Shown here: piece by piece, positions 1 to 11,071 of the stretch | How positions within the stretch are numbered: position 1 is the stretch's first letter | Layout: each line of letters begins with the position of its first letter | Origin: an uncultured Bdellovibrio sp. | GTDB lineage: Bacteria > Bdellovibrionota > Bdellovibrionia > Bdellovibrionales > Bdellovibrionaceae | Direction of reading: 5' to 3' | Length of the DNA stretch: 64,000 bases | NCBI GenBank assembly: GCA_963932905.1 | Contig: CAWVRN010000004.1 | Span: forward strand, 96,001 to 160,000 | Made by a program: the position numbers and the translations under genes | Notes under the pieces: generated by a model | The model's database searches: none | The model's input: only the letters and a program-made list of their open reading frames with translations | What the model was told of the DNA's origin: nothing

Positions 1-2
1 GA

Positions 3-1298
3 ATGTCGCTTGCCTCACTATTTAGCGTTTTTTACGTGCTAAAGGTGCTAACCAATGGATGGTGGCGTGCGCTTATATTATTTTTACCTTTTGTGGCAAT
101 CAGTTTCTATTCCACCTTTGAAAATACGCCTCCGCAACCTCTTCACGCGTTTAATTATTTTGCGATGTGGCCCCTACGCTATTTTTTACCATGTTTAATT
201 TTTTCTATGTTGGTGTTTTGCTTACGTTCGAATTTCAGATTCCGCTTCCTTTTATTGTTTTTCCTCGGAGGAATCGCAACAATTAATAATATAGATCACG
301 GTCTGCCTGCTTTGATTGGGGGATTAGTAGCATTTTTAATGGTTATTCTAGTCCAAATGAAAAATAGAGACTTAGCTTTCAATCTGGTTTTGCAGTTTGT
401 GGTTGGCTTGGTTTTGTCATTTGGAGCGATTGCCTTATTTAATTTCATCCGAGCCGGTAGCCCTGGCGATTTGTTTAATTTATCGTTCCAAAGAATATTT
501 GCAGTTTATGGTTTCTTTATGCTACCAGCACCGTATTTTGGAGTGCACTGGTTACCGTACTTAACCTTTATGGCTTCTTTATTGTCTGGGGTTTACCTTG
601 CTTTTACTCAGCCCAATGCAGATCCAACCACTCAACTCAAGATTGCATTACTAAGTTATTTGGGAATTTTTGGCCCTGGCGCTATGATGTATTATGTTGG
701 CCGCTCTCACCCATTAGTTTTAATATCTATTTTTCCTATTTGGGCCCTTACTGTAATGGTACTGGGATGGATTTATTTTGAGTATTTCACTAAGTTAAAA
801 ACAATAAAAAATGTTTATTTATCTATCGTACCAATGGCAATTTTGTTATTTTTTTACTTTCTCTTTTTTACTCAGATTTTGAAAATGCCTTCACTAATTT
901 CTGAATTAAAACGTTACCAAGAACATGATCGTAAAAATGCGGTTATTGAATCCGTTGAAGAAATTAAGGCTATTATTCAGCCCAAAATAGCTAAAAAAGA
1001 AAATGTTCTCTTATTATTTCCTTATGGAGATCTTGTAGCGCAAGAGTTAGGCGTCAGAAATGTTTCTCCGTATTCATTGGTTTACTCTATCTTTTTAAAA
1101 ACTCAAATTTTGCAAATGATGGAAGCAGCTAAAAAGTACGACGTCGCGAAAATAGCATTATTATCCCCAAAAAAATCTTACAAAAACGACAACCCTTTTC
1201 GCGAGTGGAGAGAAAGATTTCAAGAATATGGATTTAGATCGACCTTCAAAAATGAAATTGATGGGCAAAATTTTGAAATATGGGAAAAGGGGCTTTAA
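3..1298 (+). CDS. Multi-pass membrane protein, GT-C-like glycosyltransferase candidate (probably 5'-truncated by the window edge)
   Basis: About 9 hydrophobic segments followed by a soluble C-terminal domain; lies in a glycan locus; the ORF begins mid-hydrophobic region at the window start. Confidence 0.55.
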   Translation: MSLASLFSVFYVLKVLTNGWWRALILFLPFVAISFYSTFENTPPQPLHAFNYFAMWPLRYFLPCLIFSMLVFCLRSNFRFRFLLLFFLGGIATINNIDHGLPALIGGLVAFLMVILVQMKNRDLAFNLVLQFVVGLVLSFGAIALFNFIRAGSPGDLFNLSFQRIFAVYGFFMLPAPYFGVHWLPYLTFMASLLSGVYLAFTQPNADPTTQLKIALLSYLGIFGPGAMMYYVGRSHPLVLISIFPIWALTVMVLGWIYFEYFTKLKTIKNVYLSIVPMAILLFFYFLFFTQILKMPSLISELKRYQEHDRKNAVIESVEEIKAIIQPKIAKKENVLLLFPYGDLVAQELGVRNVSPYSLVYSIFLKTQILQMMEAAKKYDVAKIALLSPKKSYKNDNPFREWRERFQEYGFRSTFKNEIDGQNFEIWEKGL

Positions 1299-1299
1299 C

Positions 1300-2268
1300 T
1301 CATAAAACTAAATCAACGACTGACTTATCGAATCTGTCTCTTGTAAAAGTTTGCGCAAATTCTCTTCCACGAATACTAATCTCAGAATCTTTTAGAACGT
1401 CATTCACAGCGGTACTCAGCATAGTGGCATCTGTAACAATTTTCTGACCACCACCAGAAAGCAACTCGCCCATTCCACCTAAGCCTGAGCCAATGACGGG
1501 AACCCCCATCATCATTGCCTCGTGGGCTACGCGATTCCAACCTTCTTTAAATTGAGAAAAGGTCACTACAACGTCAGATAACTTTAAAAATGCCAAATAC
1601 TCTTTACGATTTAGCTCTAAATTCAAACATGGCAAGTTAACATCACGATTGCCCGAAGTAATAAGCAGTAAGTCCTCGCGATCTTTAAGTGCTTCATAGG
1701 CCTTATCCGCGCCCTTCTTCTTTTGCGAATTACCAATATAGATTATTTTTCTATTTCCCGGGTTTATTCTAGATCGCAAAGCGTCTACAAGCGTTTGATC
1801 CACCGTAAATTCATTTTTATCAAATCCGCAATAAATTGTTTCAATATTCTTAAATCCAAGCTCATAAAAGTAGTCACGCCAGTATTTTGATATCACAACG
1901 AGCTTAGCAATTTTGTCCTTGTTGCCAATCAAACTTCGCAGAGTCATGTAATGATGTGCCTTTACCAAAGGATGGCAATAAGCTGTATCGTAATGGTAAG
2001 CTACAACAATTTGCTTTGGCGCAGATTCCATAAAAAACACGTGGTTCATAGCACGCAAAACGTAATCCGAATTTCGCGCTTCGCCCGAAATATTCATTAA
2101 ATTTTGTAAATAACCTGGAACTTTATGAAAACGACCTTTCCCCTGCGGAACAGGATTAAAATCACGCACGTCATGACCTGCCGACTGGAAAGCCTTTTCC
2201 ATTTCGTCCTCGAATAGGTCTCCACCATATTTTTTAGTTGTGCTTATGATTCTAAGGATCTGGGACAT
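1300..2268 (-). CDS. Glycosyltransferase family 4 (GT-B)
   Basis: KKGAD and EGWNRVAHEAMMMGVPVIGS (Ex7E) motifs; ATG at 2268 (MSQIL) preferred over the upstream TTG. Confidence 0.85.
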   Translation of the reverse strand: MSQILRIISTTKKYGGDLFEDEMEKAFQSAGHDVRDFNPVPQGKGRFHKVPGYLQNLMNISGEARNSDYVLRAMNHVFFMESAPKQIVVAYHYDTAYCHPLVKAHHYMTLRSLIGNKDKIAKLVVISKYWRDYFYELGFKNIETIYCGFDKNEFTVDQTLVDALRSRINPGNRKIIYIGNSQKKKGADKAYEALKDREDLLLITSGNRDVNLPCLNLELNRKEYLAFLKLSDVVVTFSQFKEGWNRVAHEAMMMGVPVIGSGLGGMGELLSGGGQKIVTDATMLSTAVNDVLKDSEISIRGREFAQTFTRDRFDKSVVDLVL

Positions 2269-2512
2269 CGGAGAATTATTAACAACGCTGGATTCAAAGG
2301 CAAACAATTTTATTTATTCAGGCTATCGTTTACGCCAATAAGGTTCGGGCGCTACTCGAAAAGTGCAGAACTAGGAAATGACTCAATTAAGTTAAGCTTG
2401 GCCCCATTACCCAGCCCAGCTCTCATTTCGCAACCAACCAATACCGAAAAAGCGCTTAATTCCATTGATTTATAGCCATTTTAAATTAAGATGACTTTCT
2501 TCAGGAGGATCT

Positions 2513-3901
2513 ATGATTCCAGTTATTCTATCAGGTGGCAGCGGGACCCGATTATGGCCAGTTTCTCGTTCTAAATTTCCAAAGCAGTTTTGCGAATTAT
2601 TTGAAGAATCTCTATTTAACTTAACTTTAAAGCGTGCCCAGCAAATTGGAACACCTTGGGTTGTTACCTCTAAAAGCCTCCGCGATTTGACTTTAATGAG
2701 CATGAGACAGTTTGGACTATCCGATCAAAACTGTATATTCGAGCCCCAAGCCAAAAATACCGCACCAGCAATTGCTTATCTTGTAGCACTAATGATGTCT
2801 AAAGGCCTTGGTGAAGAGGTTGTTGTTATGCTTCCGGCTGATCATCTTATTGGCAATGAAGACCAATTCAAACGCGTTCTTAGTTTAGCTGAAAAAGAAG
2901 CACATAAAGGCCACGTAGTTACATTAGGAATAAAACCGTCTTATGCAGAAACCGGATACGGCTACATCGAAACAGTTCCGAACCAAAGTACTACCGAGCA
3001 AGGTCTGAGTGCATTTAGTGTTAAGAAATTTCATGAAAAGCCTAATACAGAAACTGCGGAGAAATTTCTAAAAGATAAAAACTACAACTGGAACGCCGGA
3101 ATATTTGTTTTCAAAATTTCTGCGATGGCAAAACTACTTGAGACTCACCAGCCAGAAATGTGGACAAATTCAAAAAAAATTCAGCCAGACCAATCAAATA
3201 TTGATGCGATTTTTGAACACTACCGCAATATTAGTATCGACTATGCCATTATGGAAAAGCTCGATTCAAATACTTTAAAATGCATACCATGTGATATCGA
3301 CTGGAGCGACGTTGGGTCTTGGGATGCTGTAGCTAAAATTCTGGAATTCACGCAAAGCCCGACAAAAAAAATAGAAGTTAAGGCCAAGAACAATTATATC
3401 CATCCTATTAAAGATAAAACCTACGCCTTGGTTGATGTAAACGATATTGTTGTTATAGATACTAAAGATGCTCTACTAATCGCGAGAAAGGGCAGTTCCC
3501 AAGATGTTAAAGAGGTTGTGGACAAACTTAAAATTGCAAGTCCAACAGTGGCCCGAGAGCATGTGTTTGAACATCGCCCATGGGGTCGATTTGAAGTTTT
3601 GCGTGACGAAAGCCACTACAAATCAAAAGTCATTCACGTATTGCCGAAAGCTCAAATTTCTTACCAATCGCACTCAAAACGCGAAGAACATTGGTTCATC
3701 ACTCGAGGTGACGGGGAAGTTGTCCTTGATGATAAAACAATTAAAGTTAGCTCCGGTACTTATATTAAAATTCCATTGGGAGCTAAACACAGAATAAGGA
3801 ACACCGGCAGTGAAACCATTGAGTTCATCGAAGTACAAATGGGCACATATTTTGGTGAAGATGATATCGTAAGATATCAAGATGATTACAAAAGACATTA
3901 A
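2513..3901 (+). CDS. manC: Mannose-1-phosphate guanylyltransferase / mannose-6-phosphate isomerase
   Basis: VILSGGSGTRLWPVSR, PKQF, EPQAKNTAPA, WSDVGSW, C-terminal cupin with RPWG; AGGAGG SD at 2503-2508. Confidence 0.96.
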   Translation: MIPVILSGGSGTRLWPVSRSKFPKQFCELFEESLFNLTLKRAQQIGTPWVVTSKSLRDLTLMSMRQFGLSDQNCIFEPQAKNTAPAIAYLVALMMSKGLGEEVVVMLPADHLIGNEDQFKRVLSLAEKEAHKGHVVTLGIKPSYAETGYGYIETVPNQSTTEQGLSAFSVKKFHEKPNTETAEKFLKDKNYNWNAGIFVFKISAMAKLLETHQPEMWTNSKKIQPDQSNIDAIFEHYRNISIDYAIMEKLDSNTLKCIPCDIDWSDVGSWDAVAKILEFTQSPTKKIEVKAKNNYIHPIKDKTYALVDVNDIVVIDTKDALLIARKGSSQDVKEVVDKLKIASPTVAREHVFEHRPWGRFEVLRDESHYKSKVIHVLPKAQISYQSHSKREEHWFITRGDGEVVLDDKTIKVSSGTYIKIPLGAKHRIRNTGSETIEFIEVQMGTYFGEDDIVRYQDDYKRH

Positions 3902-3975
3902 ACCTATTAAATACCTAACCGAAACTACTTTTGCAGAGCAGTTTCGGCATTGGAAAAACATTAAAAGGATTTAAT

Positions 3976-5676
3976 TTGTTTCGCTCTAAACTATTTCTAG
4001 TAATTCTATTTTCGCTTTTAATATTGCTTTCTTTTTCCCCGTATCTATCCGCAGGATTTTACGCTGATGATGCTATGAATAGCCAGGTAACTTTAGTTGC
4101 GAAAAAACAAAACATCTCGGTCCTAGAGTTTACAAATAAGATAATATATAATTGGCAAAAAGATGTAGGACGATACTACCCTCTTGGATTTCTCGGAAGT
4201 TACACTTTTTACGATCTTTTTCCTGAAGAAGCCTCTGCTCACATAATACAAATGTTTCTAGTTCTGATCAATATGCTTCTATTTTCTGGAGTAATATACA
4301 TTTTAACGAGCTCAACCTCTCTCGCGCTTTTATTTATTCCTATTTTACTTCTGCACTTTCAAATTCGAGATTTCTATGACCCTATCGCTGGATATGCACC
4401 ATTCATGCAACTTATGTTTATTTATGTCGTCGGAGAAATAGTATTTTTCCTTCGATACTTAAAAAATGGATCCAGCAAATCCTTGATCGGAAGCTGCTTG
4501 CTATTTCTAGCTAGTCTGCTTACTTACGAGCTCGCAATAGTATTTTTGGGGATTTTTATATTGCTAACTTGGAGCCAGTGCAAAAGCATTAAAAAGTCTC
4601 TTAATCACCTTAAATTTCATCTACTTATTCTGTTTTCGTACATATCCTATATCATATATTTAAGAGCCAACAGAACTTCATCATATTCAGGAACGGAACT
4701 CACGACAAATCCCTCAATTACAATCGAATCCTATTTGCATCAATTAGGGGCAATGCTCCCACTTAGTTATTTCTCTGCGAACAAATTCATCACATTTGAA
4801 ACTATTTTCTCAGGCGAATATGATATTTTACCCGCAATAGGATGCTGTCTCATCACTTTCGTCATTTTATTGCTTTTTAGTTCGGACAAAAGAGAAAAAC
4901 AAAAATCGTTTTTCAACAAAGACTTAATTTTCATCTGCCTAGGCTTTGTATTTCTACCGCCACTAGTGGTGGCCTTCTCTGCCAGGTGGCAAGTTAGTGT
5001 AAGTGCCGGTGTTGGCTATATCCCCGTTTATTTTTCATACTATGGATGCGCATTTTTCATCACATTCTGGATCCACAAACTTTTTATTGGAAACTCTTCT
5101 AAAAGATTTTTTTATATTGCCGCCATATTATTCACTTTGCCTTTAACTAGCCTCATCAATCATCTATCCAATCAACAATCAGTCGAGACGCAAAACATAT
5201 TATGGAAACACCCCAGAAAGCAGCTTCAATCTGCATATAAGAGTCAATTATTTGACTCAATACATGGGGCCACTGCTGTAACTCCGAAATCCTTCAGCTG
5301 GAATAGTGAATACTTAAGCGAAAAATCGCTATCGACATTCGCCTCAATTATTTCTGTCTCTCAGTTCGACAACAAAATAAAAGAATCGATGAAAACGACG
5401 ACAATCTACTTTTTAGATTTCCGAAGCTCACTTACAAAACGGGACCTCGATCAATGGGTCTTTTTATCTCCAATTTCTTACCAAAAGAACGAACTGCTAT
5501 ACTTCTCAAATCCCAAGTTTTTCTTAAATCCTCTATCCAACAAACACATTAAAGTTGTAGTCAGTTGTAATAAGCATAAAGAAGAAATTACCTTCAATAA
5601 AGAAATTATAAACAATGTCGTGAGCGCGACACCGTTTAATTGCACCTTGGACAAATTGGATATTCATTTAGAATAA
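3976..5676 (+). CDS. Multi-pass membrane protein, GT-C-like glycosyltransferase candidate
   Basis: First TM followed by acidic YADD motif and GRYYPL, ~11 TMs, LTYE motif, soluble C-terminal domain; TTG at 3976 with AAGGA SD chosen as start. Confidence 0.6.
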   Translation: MFRSKLFLVILFSLLILLSFSPYLSAGFYADDAMNSQVTLVAKKQNISVLEFTNKIIYNWQKDVGRYYPLGFLGSYTFYDLFPEEASAHIIQMFLVLINMLLFSGVIYILTSSTSLALLFIPILLLHFQIRDFYDPIAGYAPFMQLMFIYVVGEIVFFLRYLKNGSSKSLIGSCLLFLASLLTYELAIVFLGIFILLTWSQCKSIKKSLNHLKFHLLILFSYISYIIYLRANRTSSYSGTELTTNPSITIESYLHQLGAMLPLSYFSANKFITFETIFSGEYDILPAIGCCLITFVILLLFSSDKREKQKSFFNKDLIFICLGFVFLPPLVVAFSARWQVSVSAGVGYIPVYFSYYGCAFFITFWIHKLFIGNSSKRFFYIAAILFTLPLTSLINHLSNQQSVETQNILWKHPRKQLQSAYKSQLFDSIHGATAVTPKSFSWNSEYLSEKSLSTFASIISVSQFDNKIKESMKTTTIYFLDFRSSLTKRDLDQWVFLSPISYQKNELLYFSNPKFFLNPLSNKHIKVVVSCNKHKEEITFNKEIINNVVSATPFNCTLDKLDIHLE

Positions 5677-5711
5677 CTTTATAGAAACTCTCGTATAGGA
5701 ACTTTGAACTT

Positions 5712-6452
5712 ATGAACCAACAAATACCTTTTGAACTTGATAGCCTACAATACGCGTATAACTACCAAAAGTGGATGACCGATGCTATTGAGCCCGAATT
5801 AGGAAACTCGATATTAGAAATTGGTGCGGGAATAGGAAATTTATCAAGTCGCCTGCCCTTACGAAGCAAACTAATTTTTACAGAATCTGATCCGTATCTG
5901 TATGAAATGTTGAAAACTAAAGTTAAAGATAAGTTTTCAGAAAACACTCAAGTAAAAACATTTCTTGTCGACATCGCTACAAATTGGACGGAACCGCTAT
6001 TAACTGAAAATATCGACACAGTGGTTTCATTCAACGTTCTTGAACATATTGAAGATGATTTTGCAGCGATGAAACAAATATATCATTTACTAAAAAACGG
6101 TGGATCACTGAACGAGAAAAAAATTATAACTTTTGTTCCAGCACATCAATGGGCATTTGGAGAAATGGATAAAAAATTTAAACACTTTCGTCGATACAAC
6201 CATAAAAGACTAATTGAAATAGCAAACAAAATTGATCCAAAAATACAAATTGAGTACAGATATTTTAATTTGCTTGGACTGCCGCCATGGTTTTTCTTCG
6301 GACGAATTTTAAGACGAAATAAAATTGATAAGTCTTCAATAACTATATTTGAAAAAATTTGCCCCTATATTAGAGGCATTGATGACTTTATTCATTCAGT
6401 ATTAAGACTTCCATTCGGACAGTCTTTAATCTTCACAATGAAGTTCCGTTAG
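5712..6452 (+). CDS. Class I SAM-dependent methyltransferase
   Basis: ILEIGAGIG motif I, NVLEHIEDD, VPAH, HFRRY. Confidence 0.88.
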   Translation: MNQQIPFELDSLQYAYNYQKWMTDAIEPELGNSILEIGAGIGNLSSRLPLRSKLIFTESDPYLYEMLKTKVKDKFSENTQVKTFLVDIATNWTEPLLTENIDTVVSFNVLEHIEDDFAAMKQIYHLLKNGGSLNEKKIITFVPAHQWAFGEMDKKFKHFRRYNHKRLIEIANKIDPKIQIEYRYFNLLGLPPWFFFGRILRRNKIDKSSITIFEKICPYIRGIDDFIHSVLRLPFGQSLIFTMKFR

Positions 6453-7289
6453 CTATTTTGATGCTTCTCTTGAACCTGACGCATACATATGCTCCTTACG
6501 CTGTTTTGAGGCCCTATGGGCGTCAAAATCATATTTACTAGGCAAATCAGTAAACATTTTTTCAACTGGAATCATAAAGTTAAATTTAAAGATATGGCAA
6601 AGAGCCGCGACGCCGTCTTTCCAGTTAATTTTTTTCCCCTGTAATCTAGTTCGAGGGTAATAATGTATGGGAAGCTCGAATACTCTTGAGGATGTTTTTG
6701 CAATATACGCAGTTACCTCCACTTCAAATCCAAAACGCTTACTTTGCAAATTCATAGATCGAATTAGGTCGCCACGAAAAACTTTATAGCAAGTTTCCAT
6801 ATCGGTTAAATATAAACCTGAAGACAAATTACTTAATACAGTCAGAAAACGATTCACAAAATAGTGATAGGTTCTATGAACCTGAGGGCTACTTTTTTTG
6901 AATCGGCTACCAAACACAACATCGGCGCGATTTTCAAGAAGTGGTACTAACAAACTAGGAACATCCTGAGGATCATACTCAAAATCTGCGTCTTGAATAA
7001 CTACCAAATCGCCAGTGCACGCCTTAATACCACGTTGAATAGCTGCACCCTTCCCTTGATTCGGCGATTGTTCGATCAAAATAAAACCGTATTGAGCCTG
7101 CTTTTCCTTCAAAATAGTTAAAGAGCTGTCCGTGCTTGAATCATTGATAAAAATCCACTCTCGTTTAAGCACACAAGGAGACTCAAACATATAGTCAATA
7201 ATTGCACCTAGATGCCCAGCTTCATTATATACCGGGACAATGACACTCAAAACAGCATTTTCAGAAATTAACGTGACCGAATTCGACAT
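6453..7289 (-). CDS. GT2 polyprenyl-phosphate glycosyltransferase (DPM1-like)
   Basis: VIVPVYNE, INDSSTD, NQGKG, QDADFEYDP, VVFGSRF, TDMETCYKVF, FGFEVE. Confidence 0.9.
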   Translation of the reverse strand: MSNSVTLISENAVLSVIVPVYNEAGHLGAIIDYMFESPCVLKREWIFINDSSTDSSLTILKEKQAQYGFILIEQSPNQGKGAAIQRGIKACTGDLVVIQDADFEYDPQDVPSLLVPLLENRADVVFGSRFKKSSPQVHRTYHYFVNRFLTVLSNLSSGLYLTDMETCYKVFRGDLIRSMNLQSKRFGFEVEVTAYIAKTSSRVFELPIHYYPRTRLQGKKINWKDGVAALCHIFKFNFMIPVEKMFTDLPSKYDFDAHRASKQRKEHMYASGSREASK

Positions 7290-8233
7290 TACTTACCTTC
7301 TATTTTAAATTCTTTTTTAAACCAATCCAATGTAACTTTCAATCCGTCGGATAAAGATACACCTGGAGACCAGTTCAGTGTTGATTTGATTCGAGAAATA
7401 TCAGGACGACGTTTAAGAGGATCATTTTCAGGAAGCTTTAGAAATAAATGTGGCGATGTGTTTCCTAAAAGATCATTAATTTTATTTGCTAGCTCCACGA
7501 TTGTAAGTTCTTCGGGGTTACCAATGTTCATTGGACCAGTTTCGCTACTGTTCATAAGAGCAATTAAACCTGCGACTAGATCCGTGACGAAGCAGAGACT
7601 GCGTGTCTGTGTACCATCACCATTTATCGTAAGTGATTTTTTTTGCAATGCCTGGGAAAAAAAGCTCGGAATTACGCGACCATCTTCGGGACGCATATTG
7701 GGACCATACGTATTAAATATTCTAGCTATACATATGTTAGTGCCGTTTTCACGACGATGAGCCATAGACAATGCTTCTGCATATCGTTTTGATTCATCAT
7801 AACATCCACGCACCCCTACAGGATTAACATTCCCAAAATATGTTTCTACTTGTGGATGAACTAAGGGGTCCCCATATACTTCACTTGTACTTGCCAATAA
7901 AATTCTCGCTTTTTTTCTAGAGGCTATATCAAGTAAGTGTCGATGTCCGATAGATCCCGTTTCTAATATAAATAGGGGAATTCTTTCAAAATCGATTGGC
8001 GATGCCGGTGAAGCCAGATTAAATATCTGATCCACGGACCCTTCAATATCAAATGCAGTACGAATATCATGTTTTAATAATTTAAATTTTGGCTGATCAA
8101 AAAATGGTTTTATATTGCTTTCTTTACCCGTAATAAAATTATCAACAACAATAACTTCGTGGCCGTCTTTCAAAAGACGCGCGACCAAGTTACTTCCGAT
8201 AAAACCAGCACCACCTGCGACGAGAATTCTCAT
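7289..8233 (-). CDS. uxs: UDP-glucuronate decarboxylase (UDP-xylose synthase family SDR)
   Basis: [65 protein letters not shown]. Confidence 0.88.
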   Translation of the reverse strand: MRILVAGGAGFIGSNLVARLLKDGHEVIVVDNFITGKESNIKPFFDQPKFKLLKHDIRTAFDIEGSVDQIFNLASPASPIDFERIPLFILETGSIGHRHLLDIASRKKARILLASTSEVYGDPLVHPQVETYFGNVNPVGVRGCYDESKRYAEALSMAHRRENGTNICIARIFNTYGPNMRPEDGRVIPSFFSQALQKKSLTINGDGTQTRSLCFVTDLVAGLIALMNSSETGPMNIGNPEELTIVELANKINDLLGNTSPHLFLKLPENDPLKRRPDISRIKSTLNWSPGVSLSDGLKVTLDWFKKEFKIEGK

Positions 8234-9537
8234 TGTCTACCAATAACTTCTTGCCCGATACTAAAGTAGCGAAACCCTGCAGATTTAAATTTAAGCGGAT
8301 CAAAAACATTTCTTCCATCAAAAATCACTTTTTGGCGCATTTTCGACGACAATAAATGAAAGTCTGGTGTTACAAACTCGTTCCATTCTGTAACAAGCAT
8401 TAATCCGTCTACACCGCTAAATGCCTCTTCTTTTGAAGAAACCAATTCAAATTTTACCTTCGAAACCTTCAAGGCGTTTTCACCCGCGATAGGGTCATAT
8501 GCTTTAACCGTCGCACCAGCATTAACTAGCGCCTCAATCAAAAACAAGGCAGGCGCTTCACGCACGTCATCAGTATTGGGTTTAAAACTAAGGCCCCAAA
8601 TCCCAAAGACAAGACCTTTTAAAGTGGGATAGTGCTTTTGTGCTTTACTAAATAAAAGTACTTTCTGACGATCATTAACTGTATCAGCCGCATCTACCAC
8701 TGCCATTGAAGTACCATATTCGTGGGCTACGCTTGACAACGCTTTTACGTCTTTTGGAAAACAAGAACCACCAAAGCCCACACCAGGATAAAAGAATGCA
8801 GGATTAATACGGCTATCGCTTGTAAAACCTCTTCGTACCTCGTTAATATCGGCACCCATGATATCTGCAAGCGCGGCTAATTCATTAATAAAGCTAATCT
8901 TAACTGCCAAAAATGCATTGGCAGCATATTTAGTCATTTCTGCGGATGCATTGTTCATGATAATAATTGGGCAATTGTCGTTAATAAAAGGTTTATAAAT
9001 CTCTTTCATTGTGGTCGCAGCTGCATCCGTCGAACATCCAATGACTACACGATCAGGTTTTAAGAAATCATTGAGAGCTGAACCCTCCCTTAAGAATTCC
9101 GGATTGTTAACAACATCGATTTGAGACTTTGTCCAAGACGGTATTTTTGATTTAATTCTTTCGGCTGTTCCGATAGGAACAGTGCTCTTTAGCACTATTG
9201 TCTTTTTACGATCAGAATTACGGCATATTGATTCAATTGTTGCAAAGGTAGCATCTAAATTGGCGGACCCGTCAGCCTTTTCAGGCGTTCCTACCGCAAT
9301 AAAAAACACTTCGTTATCGTTTACCGTGCTAGCGAGATTCGTAGTAAAAGTTAACCGCGAAAAACACTGTTTAAGCAACTCTTCTAAACCCGGCTCGTAA
9401 ATAGGGATTTTTTTATCTTTAAGAAGTCGAATTTTCTCTTCATCAATATCAACACATGTAACATCGTGACCCATATTGGCAAAACACACCCCAACTGCCA
9501 AGCCAACGTAACCTGTCCCAACTATTACTATCTTCAT
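8230..9537 (-). CDS. ugd: UDP-glucose 6-dehydrogenase
   Basis: [49 protein letters not shown]; start moved to ATG 9537 with GGAG SD. Confidence 0.93.
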   Translation of the reverse strand: MKIVIVGTGYVGLAVGVCFANMGHDVTCVDIDEEKIRLLKDKKIPIYEPGLEELLKQCFSRLTFTTNLASTVNDNEVFFIAVGTPEKADGSANLDATFATIESICRNSDRKKTIVLKSTVPIGTAERIKSKIPSWTKSQIDVVNNPEFLREGSALNDFLKPDRVVIGCSTDAAATTMKEIYKPFINDNCPIIIMNNASAEMTKYAANAFLAVKISFINELAALADIMGADINEVRRGFTSDSRINPAFFYPGVGFGGSCFPKDVKALSSVAHEYGTSMAVVDAADTVNDRQKVLLFSKAQKHYPTLKGLVFGIWGLSFKPNTDDVREAPALFLIEALVNAGATVKAYDPIAGENALKVSKVKFELVSSKEEAFSGVDGLMLVTEWNEFVTPDFHLLSSKMRQKVIFDGRNVFDPLKFKSAGFRYFSIGQEVIGRQ

Positions 9538-9703
9538 TTTTTTCTCCGAGAAAAGCCTCTCTATCTTGTCCAAAAATGCCCTTAAAGGCAACCACTATCC
9601 TGCGCTAGCACTGCTCTCTAAAGAGAAATAGCTCGATATATAGCAGGCAACTCATTGACTATAACTCCTCCGTCACCGTAAAATCTCGGACTACCAGGCA
9701 ACT

Positions 9704-11071
9704 ATGAAATCAGACAATAAAAAACACATTATTTTGCGTGAAAATTTCCCATTCTTTACTTTTCTACTCGTTTCTTTTGCGGTTGTTTTTGGACTAGCTT
9801 CGTCAAATTTCTTTGTTTCGGGTGATACTGTAGTTTTAATGAATTCAATCAAGACTATTTCCGACTGCCTTGAGAATGGAAACTTTACCATTTGCCCTTC
9901 CGTCGCCCATTTCCCGTTAAGTCAGCACCTGATTGGATACTTATTTTATAAATCCGGAATACCAATCGAAAATCTTTTAGGCTCCTTTAAAATTTTGAAC
10001 CTATTTGCGTGGTTCTTTGGATTACTGATTCCGGCATTCTTCTGGAGAAATAAAAAACACCTACCAGCTCTTTTGATCTACTTTATTGTGTATATATCAA
10101 GCCCACTTTGGTGGTACGGCAATACTAGCTTTAATGAAATTTTAAGTGCAACATTAATTAGCTTATTTCTCCTAAGCTTAATGTACACCTCTTATCTGCC
10201 TTTTCTAACTAGCTTTTTTGTTGTGCTCACCAAGGAAGTCGCATTTTTATATGTAGTTGCTTGGAGTATAGCCATTGCAGTTATTAAATTCAAAGAAGAT
10301 AAGGGCAACGCCAAAAGAACAGTTTTAAGCGCTTTAGCTGGAACAACTTTAGGTTTAACATTTCAAGTGTTATTTAATTTTTGGCGATTCAATTCCCCTA
10401 TCAACAACGAACTACTTTTGCCGATATACCGAGTACCGACTTTTGAGGTAAAACTTAATTTTTTTCTTGCACAATGGTTTGGTCCAAACGTAGGAATTCT
10501 ATATTTCTGGCCTGCATTGACGGTATTGTTCGTTATGTATTTTCGATTTCATAAAACCTGGAAATGGTATTTTTCTCGCCTAACAGTAGGACTATTTCTA
10601 CTGTCGGTCACAATAGGCTTTGCCTTATGGTGTGCTCCGTTCGGTTGGGTAGCCTACGGCCATCGGTTGATTGTACCTTGGCTACCTGGTTTAACACTAT
10701 TTCTTCTATACTCTGGCAATGACACTATTTCAAAATCGTTAAATGAAATCGCGTCTAGTCCATTTCTTAAGTATTTTGTTTCGTTGGCGGTAACAGCATT
10801 AACAATGCCCAACATTGCTATATTGTTTAACATCAATAATATTTCTAACTTTTTTGTTCCTGACTCTGTTTGCCCAACACCGGCTATCTTGCAGACTGAC
10901 GCCAATTATTATTATAAGTGCATTCAACATTACGCTTGGGATGCAAATTGGATACACTCAGTTACATTTTCTCATACCGATTGGCCAAAAGCGGGACTGG
11001 CTATCGCAATTGGATTGATTAGCCTTGTGGCTTTATTTTACAAATTATTGAAGGCTACCCGTGAAACCTAG
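9704..11071 (+). CDS. Multi-pass membrane protein, GT-C-like glycosyltransferase candidate
   Basis: About 11 TMs, first-loop SGD, TSFNE, LTKE and YGHRLIVPWLP motifs resembling ArnT/PMT-type proteins. Confidence 0.55.
   Translation: MKSDNKKHIILRENFPFFTFLLVSFAVVFGLASSNFFVSGDTVVLMNSIKTISDCLENGNFTICPSVAHFPLSQHLIGYLFYKSGIPIENLLGSFKILNLFAWFFGLLIPAFFWRNKKHLPALLIYFIVYISSPLWWYGNTSFNEILSATLISLFLLSLMYTSYLPFLTSFFVVLTKEVAFLYVVAWSIAIAVIKFKEDKGNAKRTVLSALAGTTLGLTFQVLFNFWRFNSPINNELLLPIYRVPTFEVKLNFFLAQWFGPNVGILYFWPALTVLFVMYFRFHKTWKWYFSRLTVGLFLLSVTIGFALWCAPFGWVAYGHRLIVPWLPGLTLFLLYSGNDTISKSLNEIASSPFLKYFVSLAVTALTMPNIAILFNINNISNFFVPDSVCPTPAILQTDANYYYKCIQHYAWDANWIHSVTFSHTDWPKAGLAIAIGLISLVALFYKLLKATRET

Noticed and set aside
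2308..2512. JUMPstart/ops element expected upstream of polysaccharide genes
   Set aside because: No GGCGGTAG-type element seen here or in the other divergent promoter regions I read
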